A DNA stretch of 63,156 bases, filler included, from an uncultured Methanoregulaceae archaeon (GCA_964530035.1; 5 parts of 5 records of this genome joined end to end with filler, not necessarily neighbours in it); one strand, 5' to 3'; counted from the whole stretch's first letter, positions 19,603 through 29,581 are shown. The notes: generated by a model not told the origin, from the letters alone. Made by a program: numbers and translations.

Positions 19603-20376
19603 TCAGGCTGCTGACGAGTAACTCATCTGCTTGGCGACTTCGAAGAGACCGTTTACGTTCGTGACGTCGTTGTACGAGATTTCTGAACCCGTTGCGGTGC
19701 CTGAACCGGCTCCACCCTTGACATCGGCGGTCATGTAGAACGTGGCCGAGCCCTCGGCGTACGTGTCGTTTCCAACGCCCGGGATCCCCTCGGCATTCAC
19801 GTTGTAGTTCAGCGAGACCGGGACGTCCGGGCTTCCCGCCGTTATCGTGGCAGATGCCTGGGTGTCCAGCGCGACCTCGGAAACGCCTATCATGGATGTC
19901 CCTGCGACGACCTGTGCGCTGTACGCGGGCAGCGTTGCATCGGCAGGTCCGAACGGACAGGAAAGGCTGCTCGCCGTAGTACTGTCCCCATATGCCGATA
20001 CCGCGGTTGCCTCGTCATACATCATCGTACCCGAGAGGTCCCCGTCACCGGCGGCATCGTAGGTCAGCGCCGTCTGGGCTTCGAAGTTCGGTGAAGCGGC
20101 GGTCGCATTCGAGGTATCAAGGGCCAGGTCACGGGTATACCTGGTCTCGCCGTCAACGGCCATGATGTTCTGGCGGTAGCCGATGGTCGAACCGCCGTTC
20201 GAGTAGGCAAGGTCGGTATGCTGGATGAACGTGCCGATAACATGGGCATCGGTCACCGAGTAGACCTGGTCACCGCCGGGGCCCCCGGCCACCGTGCGCA
20301 CCGTCTGGGATGAGGCTGTCCCTGCAAGAATAAAGATACACAGGACTATCGTAAGCAGGACACCCTTTTGCACCAT
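19603..20376 (-). CDS. Secreted beta-rich protein resembling Methanospirillum-type sheath proteins
   Basis: Signal peptide; SCPF...LPAY...VPVSLNYNVN...ISYNDVT..NGLFEVAKQMSYSS pattern recalled from that family; no anchor. Confidence 0.55.
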   Translation of the reverse strand: MVQKGVLLTIVLCIFILAGTASSQTVRTVAGGPGGDQVYSVTDAHVIGTFIQHTDLAYSNGGSTIGYRQNIMAVDGETRYTRDLALDTSNATAASPNFEAQTALTYDAAGDGDLSGTMMYDEATAVSAYGDSTTASSLSCPFGPADATLPAYSAQVVAGTSMIGVSEVALDTQASATITAGSPDVPVSLNYNVNAEGIPGVGNDTYAEGSATFYMTADVKGGAGSGTATGSEISYNDVTNVNGLFEVAKQMSYSSAA

Positions 20377-20517
20377 CACCACATCGACCCCCGGACCCGC
20401 AAGGTTCCGTATCGATTCCTTACAACCAACCGGTATATACTTTTTCATTTATCCGCGGGAGCACTCCCGACAAGTCTATTATTTCCCGGGAAAATAGGTT
20501 AAAAGGATAAAAAGACC

Positions 20518-21702
20518 ATGGAAATTCATTATTCGCGCCGGATGAGCGCCTGTCCCCCGTCGTTCCTTGGAGAGCTCTTCAGGGTCTCCTCGGACCCCCG
20601 TATCATCTCGTTTGCGGGAGGACTCCCCGACGGATCCCTGATCGATGTGGAAGGTATCCGCGATGCAGCATACCAGGTCCTGCAGGAGCATGGCCGGGAA
20701 GCGCTCCAGTACTCCACGACCGACGGGTACCTCCCGCTCCGCGAATGGATCGCCGCCAGGTACCGTTCGCGTCTCGGGATCGATGCATCACCGGACGCCA
20801 TCCAGATCGTGAACGGCTCACAGCAGTGCCTCGACCTGGTCGCCAAGATCCTCCTCAACCCGGGAGACCCTGTCGGAATTGAAAGTCCGGGGTACCTCGG
20901 GGCCATCGAGGCCTTTTCACTCTATGAACCTTCGTTTCACTCCTTCCCGGTTGTGCCGTCCGGTCCTGACCCTGATACCCTGGGACGCCTGGTCCGCCGG
21001 TTCAGGCCACCGTTCATCTATGGGATTCCCAACTCACAGAACCCCTCGGGGATTACCTGGACCACGGACCAGCGGCAGATGGTGGCTGATCTGCTCGATG
21101 GCAGCTGTACCCTCTTTTACGAAGACGACGCATTCGGGGAGCTGTTCTTCGACCAGAAACCCCGTCCACCGGTCTGCCGTTTCCTCCCGCACCAGACCCT
21201 CATGTCAGGGTCATTTTCCAAGATCATATCACCCGGGCTCAGGACCGGTTGGATCTTTGCTCCTCGGAAGGTCCTCGAAGCGTTCAATGTCGTCAAGCAG
21301 GCCGCCGACCTCCACTCGAACCTCCTTTCCCAGATGGTCCTATACCGGTACCTGACGACCGTCGACCTTGACCGGAACCTTGCGGGTATTGTCCGACGGT
21401 ATGAAGCGAACTGCCGTCTCATGTGCGACCTCCTCGATGACATGGGAAAGGACGGGATACCTCACACAACCCCGGAAGGAGGCATGTTCATGATGGCGTT
21501 TCTGCCCGGAAAGGTGCCCTCCATGGAACTCTATAAAAAGGGCCTCGACTACGGGGTTGCCGTACTGCCCGGTGTGCCCTTCCATACCGACAACGGAGGA
21601 AGTGACTCGATACGGCTGAACTTTTCAAACACCGATGAACACCGTATCCATGAGGGAATGACGCGGTTGAAACGGGCCCTTGAGGCCTTCCCTGCCAGGT
21701 AA
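20518..21702 (+). CDS. PLP-dependent aminotransferase class I/II (LysN/ARO8-like)
   Basis: ISFAGGLP, LQYSTTDGY, QNPSG, EDDAF, GSFSKIISPGLRTGW, IRLNFS. Confidence 0.93.
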   Translation: MEIHYSRRMSACPPSFLGELFRVSSDPRIISFAGGLPDGSLIDVEGIRDAAYQVLQEHGREALQYSTTDGYLPLREWIAARYRSRLGIDASPDAIQIVNGSQQCLDLVAKILLNPGDPVGIESPGYLGAIEAFSLYEPSFHSFPVVPSGPDPDTLGRLVRRFRPPFIYGIPNSQNPSGITWTTDQRQMVADLLDGSCTLFYEDDAFGELFFDQKPRPPVCRFLPHQTLMSGSFSKIISPGLRTGWIFAPRKVLEAFNVVKQAADLHSNLLSQMVLYRYLTTVDLDRNLAGIVRRYEANCRLMCDLLDDMGKDGIPHTTPEGGMFMMAFLPGKVPSMELYKKGLDYGVAVLPGVPFHTDNGGSDSIRLNFSNTDEHRIHEGMTRLKRALEAFPAR

Positions 21703-21874
21703 GGTGGGTGGAGTGGTTTTCCCGCCTCTCTCCTGCATCCCTCCCTGCTCCGAAGTCCGGCGTATGAAGAAAGGGCCCCCTTCTTCAGGCCTGCAGGGAA
21801 GAAAGCATATATCGGCTCCTGTTAAACATATGTCTGAACACGGGCGGTCTTCTCTGAAAGACCGGGTGAATACC

Positions 21875-22273
21875 ATGAAACCGATATACCTTGCCCTTGG
21901 GGTGCTCCTCGTTGCGTCGGTGCTCCTCCCTCCGGTGGCCGCGGGACTCACGACGGTCACGAAATCAGATACCTTTTCCAGTATCGTCTCTTCAGGCTTC
22001 ACATCAAGCGGAGTGACCTCCATGACGAGTTCCTCGATCGCGAGCACGCGGGTTGCCTCGTCCACTGCACAACCTGAAATGGTCTATTCCGTGGATGTCG
22101 GCCCGAACGCGGCCTCAGGGCTCCCCTATGCACTCGGGACGTTCTCGACCGGCTTCTCGGTCTCGAGCCTTTCCGGGAACACTACGGCAACAAAAAAGGT
22201 GCAATACTCTGAATCGTCGTTTGCAAACGGGAAGGTAAAATTCTCGAAGAAATATTCGTACAAAGGGTTCTGA
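21875..22273 (+). CDS. Small secreted Ser/Thr-rich protein, similar to the C-terminal half of 19603-20376
   Basis: Signal peptide from ATG 21875; ends VQYSESSFANGKVKFSKKYSY. Confidence 0.6.
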   Translation: MKPIYLALGVLLVASVLLPPVAAGLTTVTKSDTFSSIVSSGFTSSGVTSMTSSSIASTRVASSTAQPEMVYSVDVGPNAASGLPYALGTFSTGFSVSSLSGNTTATKKVQYSESSFANGKVKFSKKYSYKGF

Positions 22274-22277
22274 AGGG

Positions 22278-22574
22278 CTACCCGCCCTTGATTGACCCCT
22301 TCATCTTTGACAGCAGGTTGATGATCAGGTCGATTTTTGCCTCTATTGGCGCCTGTTCTCCTGATACCGTTCCTTGAGATCCTTCAACCGTGTTCTCCTC
22401 CGCTTCTCCGGTCAGCACGACCAGGAAAGCCCTCCGCCCTTCGAATTCAGTTTCAAATATGGTCGCCGGTTCACCGACGATCGGGGCATATTCCCTGGGA
22501 AGCCGGATGTACGGGTATTCGAACGCAGGTTTCGACTTCTGCTTGGACACCTTCGTAACAGCCACCCGGCGCAT
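22278..22574 (-). CDS. Hypothetical protein, possibly AbrB-like DNA-binding
   Basis: TKVSK...YPYIRLPREY pattern; AT-rich promoter-like region upstream. Confidence 0.55.
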   Translation of the reverse strand: MRRVAVTKVSKQKSKPAFEYPYIRLPREYAPIVGEPATIFETEFEGRRAFLVVLTGEAEENTVEGSQGTVSGEQAPIEAKIDLIINLLSKMKGSIKGG

Positions 22575-23122
22575 GGTTGATCAACCATTCATGACACCAC
22601 AGAGGCATAAACCTTTCCTTATCGGAATACCCGACATGAGGGCAGGAAATTGCTTAATATTGCCTTTATTAATTTTTTTTTAAAAAACATTCCTTCAACA
22701 GGAGATAAGGCGGCATGGTGTCATCAGGAATTTCCCTTCTTACCAACCATGAAGCAGGGAGCGGAAGGTTCACCTCATCCCTAACGAAGGATCAGCAGCT
22801 GAACAGAGGAGGACCCACCGGAAATCCCACCGGCATGAGGTGGTATTCTCCAAAAATATCCGGGGACAGAACGGCGACCTGAACAACCGTGGTTTTGCAC
22901 CGTATGTGGCATCGTTCTGGCCCTGGACCCCCAGGTTGCTCAACAGCGGGGGTGGTCCGGCACAGGGAACTCCGGACGGGTGGCTATTGCCGGGGGGGGT
23001 TCAAGGACCTATGGCCAGGCACCATCCTGGTTGGGAAGACCGGGTAGTCCGGGTATGACCGTGTTCTAACCGCCATCCATGGCGCTACTGTTAACTGAAA
23101 AGGACGTCATACCAATCAGGCA

Positions 23123-23320
23123 ATGGAAAAAGTTCGCGTTCCGAGAAAGGTGTTCAACGAGCTGACCGCGCTGAACCGGGAGGTCCATTACACCCTTGAC
23201 TTCAACGCAGTCGTCAAGGCTGCAACAAACCGGGGGTACATGACAGCCGCACGGTGGCTTGAAGGTCATGAAGAGGAGTTCAGACGGGGCTGGGCGAGGG
23301 GTTTCGAGCCGGAAGACTGA
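23123..23320 (+). CDS. Small hypothetical protein (DUF5049-like)
   Basis: 65 aa helical protein, LDFNAVVKAA..RGY...ARWLEGH. Confidence 0.55.
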   Translation: MEKVRVPRKVFNELTALNREVHYTLDFNAVVKAATNRGYMTAARWLEGHEEEFRRGWARGFEPED

Positions 23321-23336
23321 AGCGGGACCGTTGCGT

Positions 23337-24953
23337 TTACCTGATGGTCCCGACGATCTCACCGTTTTTAAAGAACGTAATCGTCCCTCCGCTTTCTGAT
23401 ACGACGATGCCTACCGCCCGGGTCACCTCGGTGATAGCGGCAATGGAGGCATGGCGGGTACCAAGTCCCTGGGGTATGGTGACATTGCTCGTATCCACGG
23501 TGATGTACCTCCCTGCAGCTTCTATTACCCCGTCTCCGCTTATCACGAACGCTCCGTCAAGGAGGGCCATCTCCTTGATGTATTCCCTGAGGTCAGGCCT
23601 GACGATCAGACGCTCCTCGCGGGGGTGGCCTTCGAGCGGGTTGAGGATCAGCTGCCTGGACTTCGTCAGGACCTCTACGTTGTCCCCGATGACAAATGCC
23701 GTCCCTATGGGTTTTCCCTCCCTCCCTTCCCGGGATAGTTCGATTGCGACCTCGATCGCGGCTTCGAGGACGAAGGGGTCGATATCGGTATCCTCGAGGA
23801 GGGTGGTCCGTATCTTTGTGATATCCACCACCTCGGAGGTCTTGGTCCTTGATGTACCGCCTCCACTGTCATGGTCGGTCTGGGCGATGGTCCGGGTCCT
23901 GATCCTCTTTCCCCCTGCCTGCTTTCCAGGTGGTGCCGGGTCGTGGCGCTTGCCGTAGCGTGTTATGTAGAGGATGACAAGCGAAAGGAGGGCAAGGGAA
24001 ACGATGACGATGGCCCCTGCGATGCCGTAGATGACGCCGAATTCCCCGGGTTGCGCAGTGGCGTTCACCACGGGGGTCGTGACCGGGGTCGGTACAAGCG
24101 TTCCGAGACCCGGGTTGTCGGCGAGAAGCTTGTACCGGTTCGCAATCGCCGGGGCATAACCGGGGTCGATCCGGAGTGCCTGGTCGTATGCCTCGAGAGC
24201 CCCTCTGGGGTCGCCGATGGCTTCAAGGCAGACCCCCCGGTTGTAGACGGCTTCCTTGTAATCCGGTGCAATCCGTATGGCGTTGTCAAATGCCGTCAGT
24301 GCCGACTCATACATCCGGTTGGTCTGGAGGAAAAAGCCCTTCCTGAACCACAACTTGGCGTTTTTCGGGTCTGCCGCAATCTGCTGGTTATAGTCTGCGA
24401 GGATCTCCTCAAAGGAACTCTGGTTAATGGTCAGGACCGCCGTAGGAGTAGGCTGTGGGGTCGGTGCCTGAGAAACCGGGGTGGTGGTGGTCTCGACCGT
24501 TACCGGTGCGGTCGGGAGGACGACGGAGGTCGGGGGGATTGTGGAGGTCGTGATGGCGGTGGTCGGGACGGTCGTCTGGTTCTGGGTACCGTTTGGTGTC
24601 TTTGTCGGCTGGGGGGTCTTGGTGGGCGTGACCGGTATTGTTGCTGTGGGCAGGGCTGTCTGTGTCGGCGGTGGTGTTGCTGTGGGCAGGGGTGTCGGGG
24701 TATCATCGGGCGGAACCGTTGTCATGACCTGTGTCGCAGTGGGAGACGGTGAAGGCAGCGGTGTCGGCGTCGGGATAGGGGTCGGAGTAATTATCGGGGT
24801 TATGTACGGTGTAGTCGCTACTGTGGTGATGGTGGTGACCGGGGTCTGGTTCGGCTGGGCAGGCGCAGTCATTATACAGGCGCTGATGACGAGGAGGCCA
24901 AGTATGACGAGTTTGACGACCCGGGTACCTGCTGGACTGCGACCTATCATCAC
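23337..24953 (-). CDS. Membrane-anchored diadenylate cyclase with Pro/Thr stalk and TPR repeats
   Basis: Signal peptide, PT-rich region, 2-3 TPRs, one TM helix, DAC domain with LDGAF and GLGTRHA motifs. Confidence 0.9.
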   Translation of the reverse strand: MMIGRSPAGTRVVKLVILGLLVISACIMTAPAQPNQTPVTTITTVATTPYITPIITPTPIPTPTPLPSPSPTATQVMTTVPPDDTPTPLPTATPPPTQTALPTATIPVTPTKTPQPTKTPNGTQNQTTVPTTAITTSTIPPTSVVLPTAPVTVETTTTPVSQAPTPQPTPTAVLTINQSSFEEILADYNQQIAADPKNAKLWFRKGFFLQTNRMYESALTAFDNAIRIAPDYKEAVYNRGVCLEAIGDPRGALEAYDQALRIDPGYAPAIANRYKLLADNPGLGTLVPTPVTTPVVNATAQPGEFGVIYGIAGAIVIVSLALLSLVILYITRYGKRHDPAPPGKQAGGKRIRTRTIAQTDHDSGGGTSRTKTSEVVDITKIRTTLLEDTDIDPFVLEAAIEVAIELSREGREGKPIGTAFVIGDNVEVLTKSRQLILNPLEGHPREERLIVRPDLREYIKEMALLDGAFVISGDGVIEAAGRYITVDTSNVTIPQGLGTRHASIAAITEVTRAVGIVVSESGGTITFFKNGEIVGTIR

Positions 24954-25204
24954 CTTATATCACTCCGCGATAGTAAAAAACCATTCTGCATCGGTAAATG
25001 CAGTTTATCAACGTCTATTGACGCTAATGATACAAAAAAGACATGGAGAGAGGTCGTGGTATCATGGTCCGCGTTTTGGCTCCCCAGGCCTGAAAGGGAA
25101 CAATTAACATCATAACGCCTGATTTTTAGAAACAGTAAACAGGTCGTGCAACCGGCGGGATACGACCGCGTTGCAGGATCGCAGCCGTCCAGGGGGAGAG
25201 GGGA

Positions 25205-25902
25205 TTGATGCAGGGCAAAAAATGGAGAGGGGTGTGGCGCGCCCGGTTGTTCCCGGTACACAGGTGCACCATCGGCTGTGTCCTCGTGTCCTGCCTTGTC
25301 CTGGTACTGGCAGCATCGTGCGGCTGCATATCACTCCCCTGGCAGGGTGCAGAAAACCCCCCGGCCTCCACGGATCTGTCACAGTCATACCGTGACCCGG
25401 ATACCGGGTTGTCTTTCCTCTATCCGGCAGGAAGCGCCGTCATCAGGATATCAGCCGGGGACATGAGCAGGTACCGTATCCTCCTTCCGGGTCTGCCACC
25501 CGATTCACTGTCACTCTCCCTGATGCCCGGGACGCCCTACCCGGAAGAGCTCATATCCACCCCCCCTGCAGCGGGCAGCGGCGTCACGGTCATCGAGTCG
25601 GGGAAGGCGGACTATGCCGGCAGCCAGGGTATCAGGCGCACCCTGGGTTTCCAGGCCGGGGGGCAGGAGATCAGGCGACAGGAGGTGGTCATTCGTATCA
25701 GGAACTCTGCCCTCGTCGGCAGCCTGACCGTTCCATCTCCCGATTACCCCGTGTATTCTCCTGTCCTTGAGGGCATCCTTTCAAGTGCCAGGCTTGACCC
25801 TTCCCGGTCGTCCCACGTCCCCATTGTCACCATCACTCCGGCATCTGCCTCAGGACAGGGAGGCCTAGTGACGGTACAACCCCTGTTCCTCCGTGGCGAT
25901 GT
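25205..25902 (+). CDS. Putative lipoprotein (PsbP-like), truncated at contig end
   Basis: Hydrophobic leader ending AASCGC; YRDPDTGLSFLYPAG; start uncertain. Confidence 0.6.
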
Positions 25903-26002
25903 NNNNNNNNNNNNNNNNNNNNNNNNNNNNNNNNNNNNNNNNNNNNTTAATTAATTAANNNNNNNNNNNNNNNNNNNNNNNNNNNNNNNNNNNNNNNNNN
26001 NN
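25903..26002. other. Artificial contig linker
   Basis: N run with TTAATTAATTAA. Confidence 0.97.
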
Positions 26003-26003
26003 G

Positions 26004-26927
26004 GAACATACGAATGCCGGCGGGATCGGGCTCGAGGCCATGGACGATGGTGCGGTCATCCCGGTGAACGGGACCAACATCGTGTTTACGACTGATTCCC
26101 ACATCGTCCGCCCGGTTTTCTTCCCGGGTGGCGACATCGGCAGGATCGCGGTTTCAGGGACGGTAAACGACCTGGCTATGATGGGCGGACGGCCGATCGC
26201 CCTCTCCTGCGGCATGATCATCGAGGAAGGCTATGACGTCGCCGACCTCGAACGGATCGTCCGGTCCATGGACGAGGCGCTCGGCGAGGCAGGTGCCTCA
26301 CTCGTGACCGGCGACACCAAGGTCATGGAACGGGGGGCCCTTGACGGGATCGCGATCAACACTGCGGGGATCGGCATAGCCGACAGGATAGTCCGGGACA
26401 ACGGTCTCTGTCCCGGAGACCGGATCATCGTCTCCGGCACCCTCGGCGACCACGGGTTCGCCATCCTCGCCCAGAGAGAGGGCTTCGACCTCGGGGAGCA
26501 GATCCGGTCTGACGTTGCCCCGCTCTGGGGACTGGTCGAGCGTGCGCTCGCCGCAGGCGAAATCCATGCCATGAAGGACCCGACCAGGGGCGGCTTTGCG
26601 AGCGCCATCAACGAGATGGCAAGGAAGAGCAGTGTTATGGTCAGGATATCGGAACGTGCGCTCCCCGTCAGGAAAAGCGTGAGAAGCGCCGCCCTCATGC
26701 TCGGCATCGACCCCCTCGAGGTCGCGAACGAGGGTAAGGTCGTGATGGGCGTCCCGGAGGCCTGCTGCGAGGCAGTGCTGGCTGCGATCAGGTCACATCC
26801 CTATGGGGCGGATGCCGCGGTTGTCGGCAGGGTCACGAAAGGTTCAGGCGTTATCATGGAGACCGACGCGGGCGGCGAGCGGTTCATCGAGCCCCCGGCA
26901 GGCGACCCGGTCCCGAGGGTCTGCTGA
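26004..26927 (+). CDS. hypE: Hydrogenase maturation protein HypE, 5-prime truncated
   Basis: FTTDSH, FFPGGDIG, GTVNDLAM, MKDPTRGG, VANEGK, C-terminal PRVC. Confidence 0.96.
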   Translation, partial: EHTNAGGIGLEAMDDGAVIPVNGTNIVFTTDSHIVRPVFFPGGDIGRIAVSGTVNDLAMMGGRPIALSCGMIIEEGYDVADLERIVRSMDEALGEAGASLVTGDTKVMERGALDGIAINTAGIGIADRIVRDNGLCPGDRIIVSGTLGDHGFAILAQREGFDLGEQIRSDVAPLWGLVERALAAGEIHAMKDPTRGGFASAINEMARKSSVMVRISERALPVRKSVRSAALMLGIDPLEVANEGKVVMGVPEACCEAVLAAIRSHPYGADAAVVGRVTKGSGVIMETDAGGERFIEPPAGDPVPRVC

Positions 26928-27060
26928 ACGGACGAAGATCGGGTGTCCTGTTTTCCATCCGGACAAACCACTCCTGCCTTTTTCTTCGAGACGAAACGAA
27001 AAGACCCGCTTCCGCAGTTGCATGAGAACGGATTATCCAGGACAGGGGCGTTTCCCGATT

Positions 27061-27666
27061 TCAAAGGCCTTTCTTGGGGCAAAGCCCCCGGATGGGCGCT
27101 TTTCTCTCGCGGAGGTAGGTCGCCAGCTGGAAGAGCGCCTCGTGTTCCCTGTGGCCCCCGCATTTCCGGACGAGTGCCGCGTGGTGGAGCATCAGGTCGC
27201 GGAGCTGCGGGTTATGGGTGACGCTGTACCGTGTCGCATGGACGGTCATCTCGATGATACCGGAAAAGCCGCGGTTCACGGGTTCGACCCCCGGTTTAAG
27301 GACCTGTTCCATGACCGGTTCTAGCCGTACAGAGAGGGTCTGGGCGGTTTCCTGCTCGATGACGGTGGTGAACGCAACCCATGCATCGCACTCCTTCAGG
27401 CGGCTCACCCGGACCGTCCCGGCCTGCTCCGAAACGAAGGAGTCTTCGGGCAGGTCCTCGAAGGCGGTGATGACGTACATGAGCGGGTCGCGGGTCAGGT
27501 TGGCAACGATCCAGCCGCATGAGCGGATGTTTCCGGCGGTATGGCTCCCCTTGAAGAGGACGATGTGATACCCGCCGTCACGGTAAATAATTCCTATTGG
27601 CGCGGCATTTCCCGGTGTTGTTGCGATAACTTCGTTTATTCCTTCCCGCAGGACTCCCATCGCCAC
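27061..27666 (-). CDS. DUF447 family protein
   Basis: EVIATT..NAAPIGI, FKGSHT, NRGF..IIE.TVHATR. Confidence 0.85.
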   Translation of the reverse strand: MAMGVLREGINEVIATTPGNAAPIGIIYRDGGYHIVLFKGSHTAGNIRSCGWIVANLTRDPLMYVITAFEDLPEDSFVSEQAGTVRVSRLKECDAWVAFTTVIEQETAQTLSVRLEPVMEQVLKPGVEPVNRGFSGIIEMTVHATRYSVTHNPQLRDLMLHHAALVRKCGGHREHEALFQLATYLRERKAPIRGLCPKKGL

Positions 27667-28460
27667 CCCTCATCAAGGCTTGTGTAGATTGCGGCTATAA
27701 TGATATCGGCGGTCGATCCCGGGTTTGCACCGATCCGGTGGCACTCGTCGTCAAATGCCTCGGGGGTGCACCGCCCGGCAAGGACCTCCGTAGCCCGGGC
27801 ACTGACCTGCACGGCGGTATCCAGGCCCAGTTTCTTCACGATGAACGTGTCCGGTTCATCGGCAAGGAGCCGGAGGAAGGCGTTCACGATGGAGGTACGC
27901 CCCCTGCCGCCGTTCTTTATAAGGTCGGCGGCCTTCCTGGTCCTCGAAAACGCCCCGGTCCACTCCCTGGCGACCATGTCGTTTTTTGCCGAGTGGGCCA
28001 TGATGTCAAGGAGGGTCATCCCCCGTTCCCGGATTTTTAAGGCCACACCCGGGTCGTGGACGTCAAGCTCGTCGGTGTCCCGTACCCGCACGCCGGTCAG
28101 GGCGAATGCCTCGTAGAACGCGACCGCATCGTCGACCGTGGTCTCCCGGATGATACGGCAGGCGCCGGGGATGTCTCCTCCCATGAGCAACGGGACAAGG
28201 AGGATGAACGCCCCGAAGTGGGTGTTCCCCCCGGAGTGCCGGCCAGACAGCGAGACCGCGTCCCTGATCAGCTCGCCAACGCCACCTTCTCGCCCCTCAG
28301 CCCGCTCGAAGGCCTCCCTTACCAGGATCGCCGAAGCAAGAAAGTGTTCGAGCGTCGTTTCCGGGTAGTCGTGGCACCGGTCAACATTCCCGGGCTTCGG
28401 GTATGCGGTGACCTCGAGCATCATCGCGAGCTGGGCCCGCTCGGTCCTTGTGAAGGACAT
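27636..28460 (-). CDS. citG: Triphosphoribosyl-dephospho-CoA synthase family protein
   Basis: LEVTAYPKPGNVDR, GNTHFG, PDTFIVKK, NPGSTAD. Confidence 0.9.
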   Translation of the reverse strand: MSFTRTERAQLAMMLEVTAYPKPGNVDRCHDYPETTLEHFLASAILVREAFERAEGREGGVGELIRDAVSLSGRHSGGNTHFGAFILLVPLLMGGDIPGACRIIRETTVDDAVAFYEAFALTGVRVRDTDELDVHDPGVALKIRERGMTLLDIMAHSAKNDMVAREWTGAFSRTRKAADLIKNGGRGRTSIVNAFLRLLADEPDTFIVKKLGLDTAVQVSARATEVLAGRCTPEAFDDECHRIGANPGSTADIIIAAIYTSLDEGWRWESCGKE

Positions 28461-28465
28461 CGTGT

Positions 28466-29581
28466 CTATCCGGAAAAGATGGCGTCCATCAGTTTTCCCG
28501 AAAGCCGCCGCTTCTCGATCATGTAATCACGGTTCGACAGTTTTCCCCGCTTAATGGCCATGTCGCGGAACATGCAGGGCGAGGTGTCTTTACAGCACCA
28601 GGCCAGGGAGCCGAAGCAGGTCTGGTCTCCGGCCTGAAGAGGGGTGCCGGCTACCGATTCCATCTTCAGTTTTATGTAGTCCTCCCGGGAGAGCCCGATA
28701 TTATTGAGCGTGGGGATGAGGGGGCAGTCCTTGACGGGAAGGCAGCAGAAGGCAAGGGCCCTGATGTCCCCGCCGCGACAGAGCTGCTTTGGAGAGTTAT
28801 ACCAGCCGTGGTCATCGGCATACCTGCAGATGGCGGCATCGAGGCCGGCGAGGGTCCGTTCGTCTGACTGCCTCGCGAGGGAGACCATGTCGGCACCGTG
28901 GGCCAGCATGTCCTTCATCCGGTCGAAGGTGTTGATGGAGTTGTTGGCGATGATGGTGATCGGGCAGTTGTTCCGGATCTGGCGCAGTTTCGTCTTTCCC
29001 TCGTCCATGAGATCGACATGGAGGACCTCAGCACCGGCCTTCCAGACCCGGCGTGCAAGCGCCCGGTCATCGGCGGAAACGCCGGCCCGCATCTTCACCG
29101 AGACGGATACGTCCTTCCTAACCAGCGCCTCCACGATCGCGGCAAGTCTTTCAGGGGCGGCAAGGAGGGCTTCCCCGCAGCCGATATCGGTAAAGGGTTT
29201 CTGGCGGCAGTGGGCATCGATCTCGTACACGATGGCGTCGCCGAATGTCTCGGCCATCGCGACGAAGGGGGCGGGCTCCGCTGCGCGCATGTTTACACCG
29301 AGCACGACGTCGCTCTGCTTCATCGCCTCAACCTGGCGGCCGATCTCCGCGACAGGGTCCGTTATGAGAAATTCGGTCCTCCCTGACGCGGCGGTCTTTT
29401 TGCCTGCCTCGACAGAGGGCTGGTCGATGGGGTATCCCCCGATGAAAGCAGCACCGATATGGGAGGCACGGGAGAGTACGTACGCCGCGTCGACCACACC
29501 CGCCATCGAGGCGATGGCGACGGGCGTCCTCACGACCCGGTTATTCAGGAGGAGCCCGAAGCGTTCGAAATGCTCCATCAT
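28466..29581 (-). CDS. Methanogenesis marker protein 9 (Dus-like TIM barrel plus Cys-rich domain)
   Basis: ASMAGV, EIDAHCRQ..GCGEALL, CRGGDIRALAFCC, TCFGSLAWCCK. Confidence 0.88.
   Translation of the reverse strand: MMEHFERFGLLLNNRVVRTPVAIASMAGVVDAAYVLSRASHIGAAFIGGYPIDQPSVEAGKKTAASGRTEFLITDPVAEIGRQVEAMKQSDVVLGVNMRAAEPAPFVAMAETFGDAIVYEIDAHCRQKPFTDIGCGEALLAAPERLAAIVEALVRKDVSVSVKMRAGVSADDRALARRVWKAGAEVLHVDLMDEGKTKLRQIRNNCPITIIANNSINTFDRMKDMLAHGADMVSLARQSDERTLAGLDAAICRYADDHGWYNSPKQLCRGGDIRALAFCCLPVKDCPLIPTLNNIGLSREDYIKLKMESVAGTPLQAGDQTCFGSLAWCCKDTSPCMFRDMAIKRGKLSNRDYMIEKRRLSGKLMDAIFSG

Noticed and set aside
24430..24850. Pro/Thr low-complexity tracts, also at 14180-14390
   Set aside because: Ordinary linkers of archaeal surface proteins, not discrete DNA repeats
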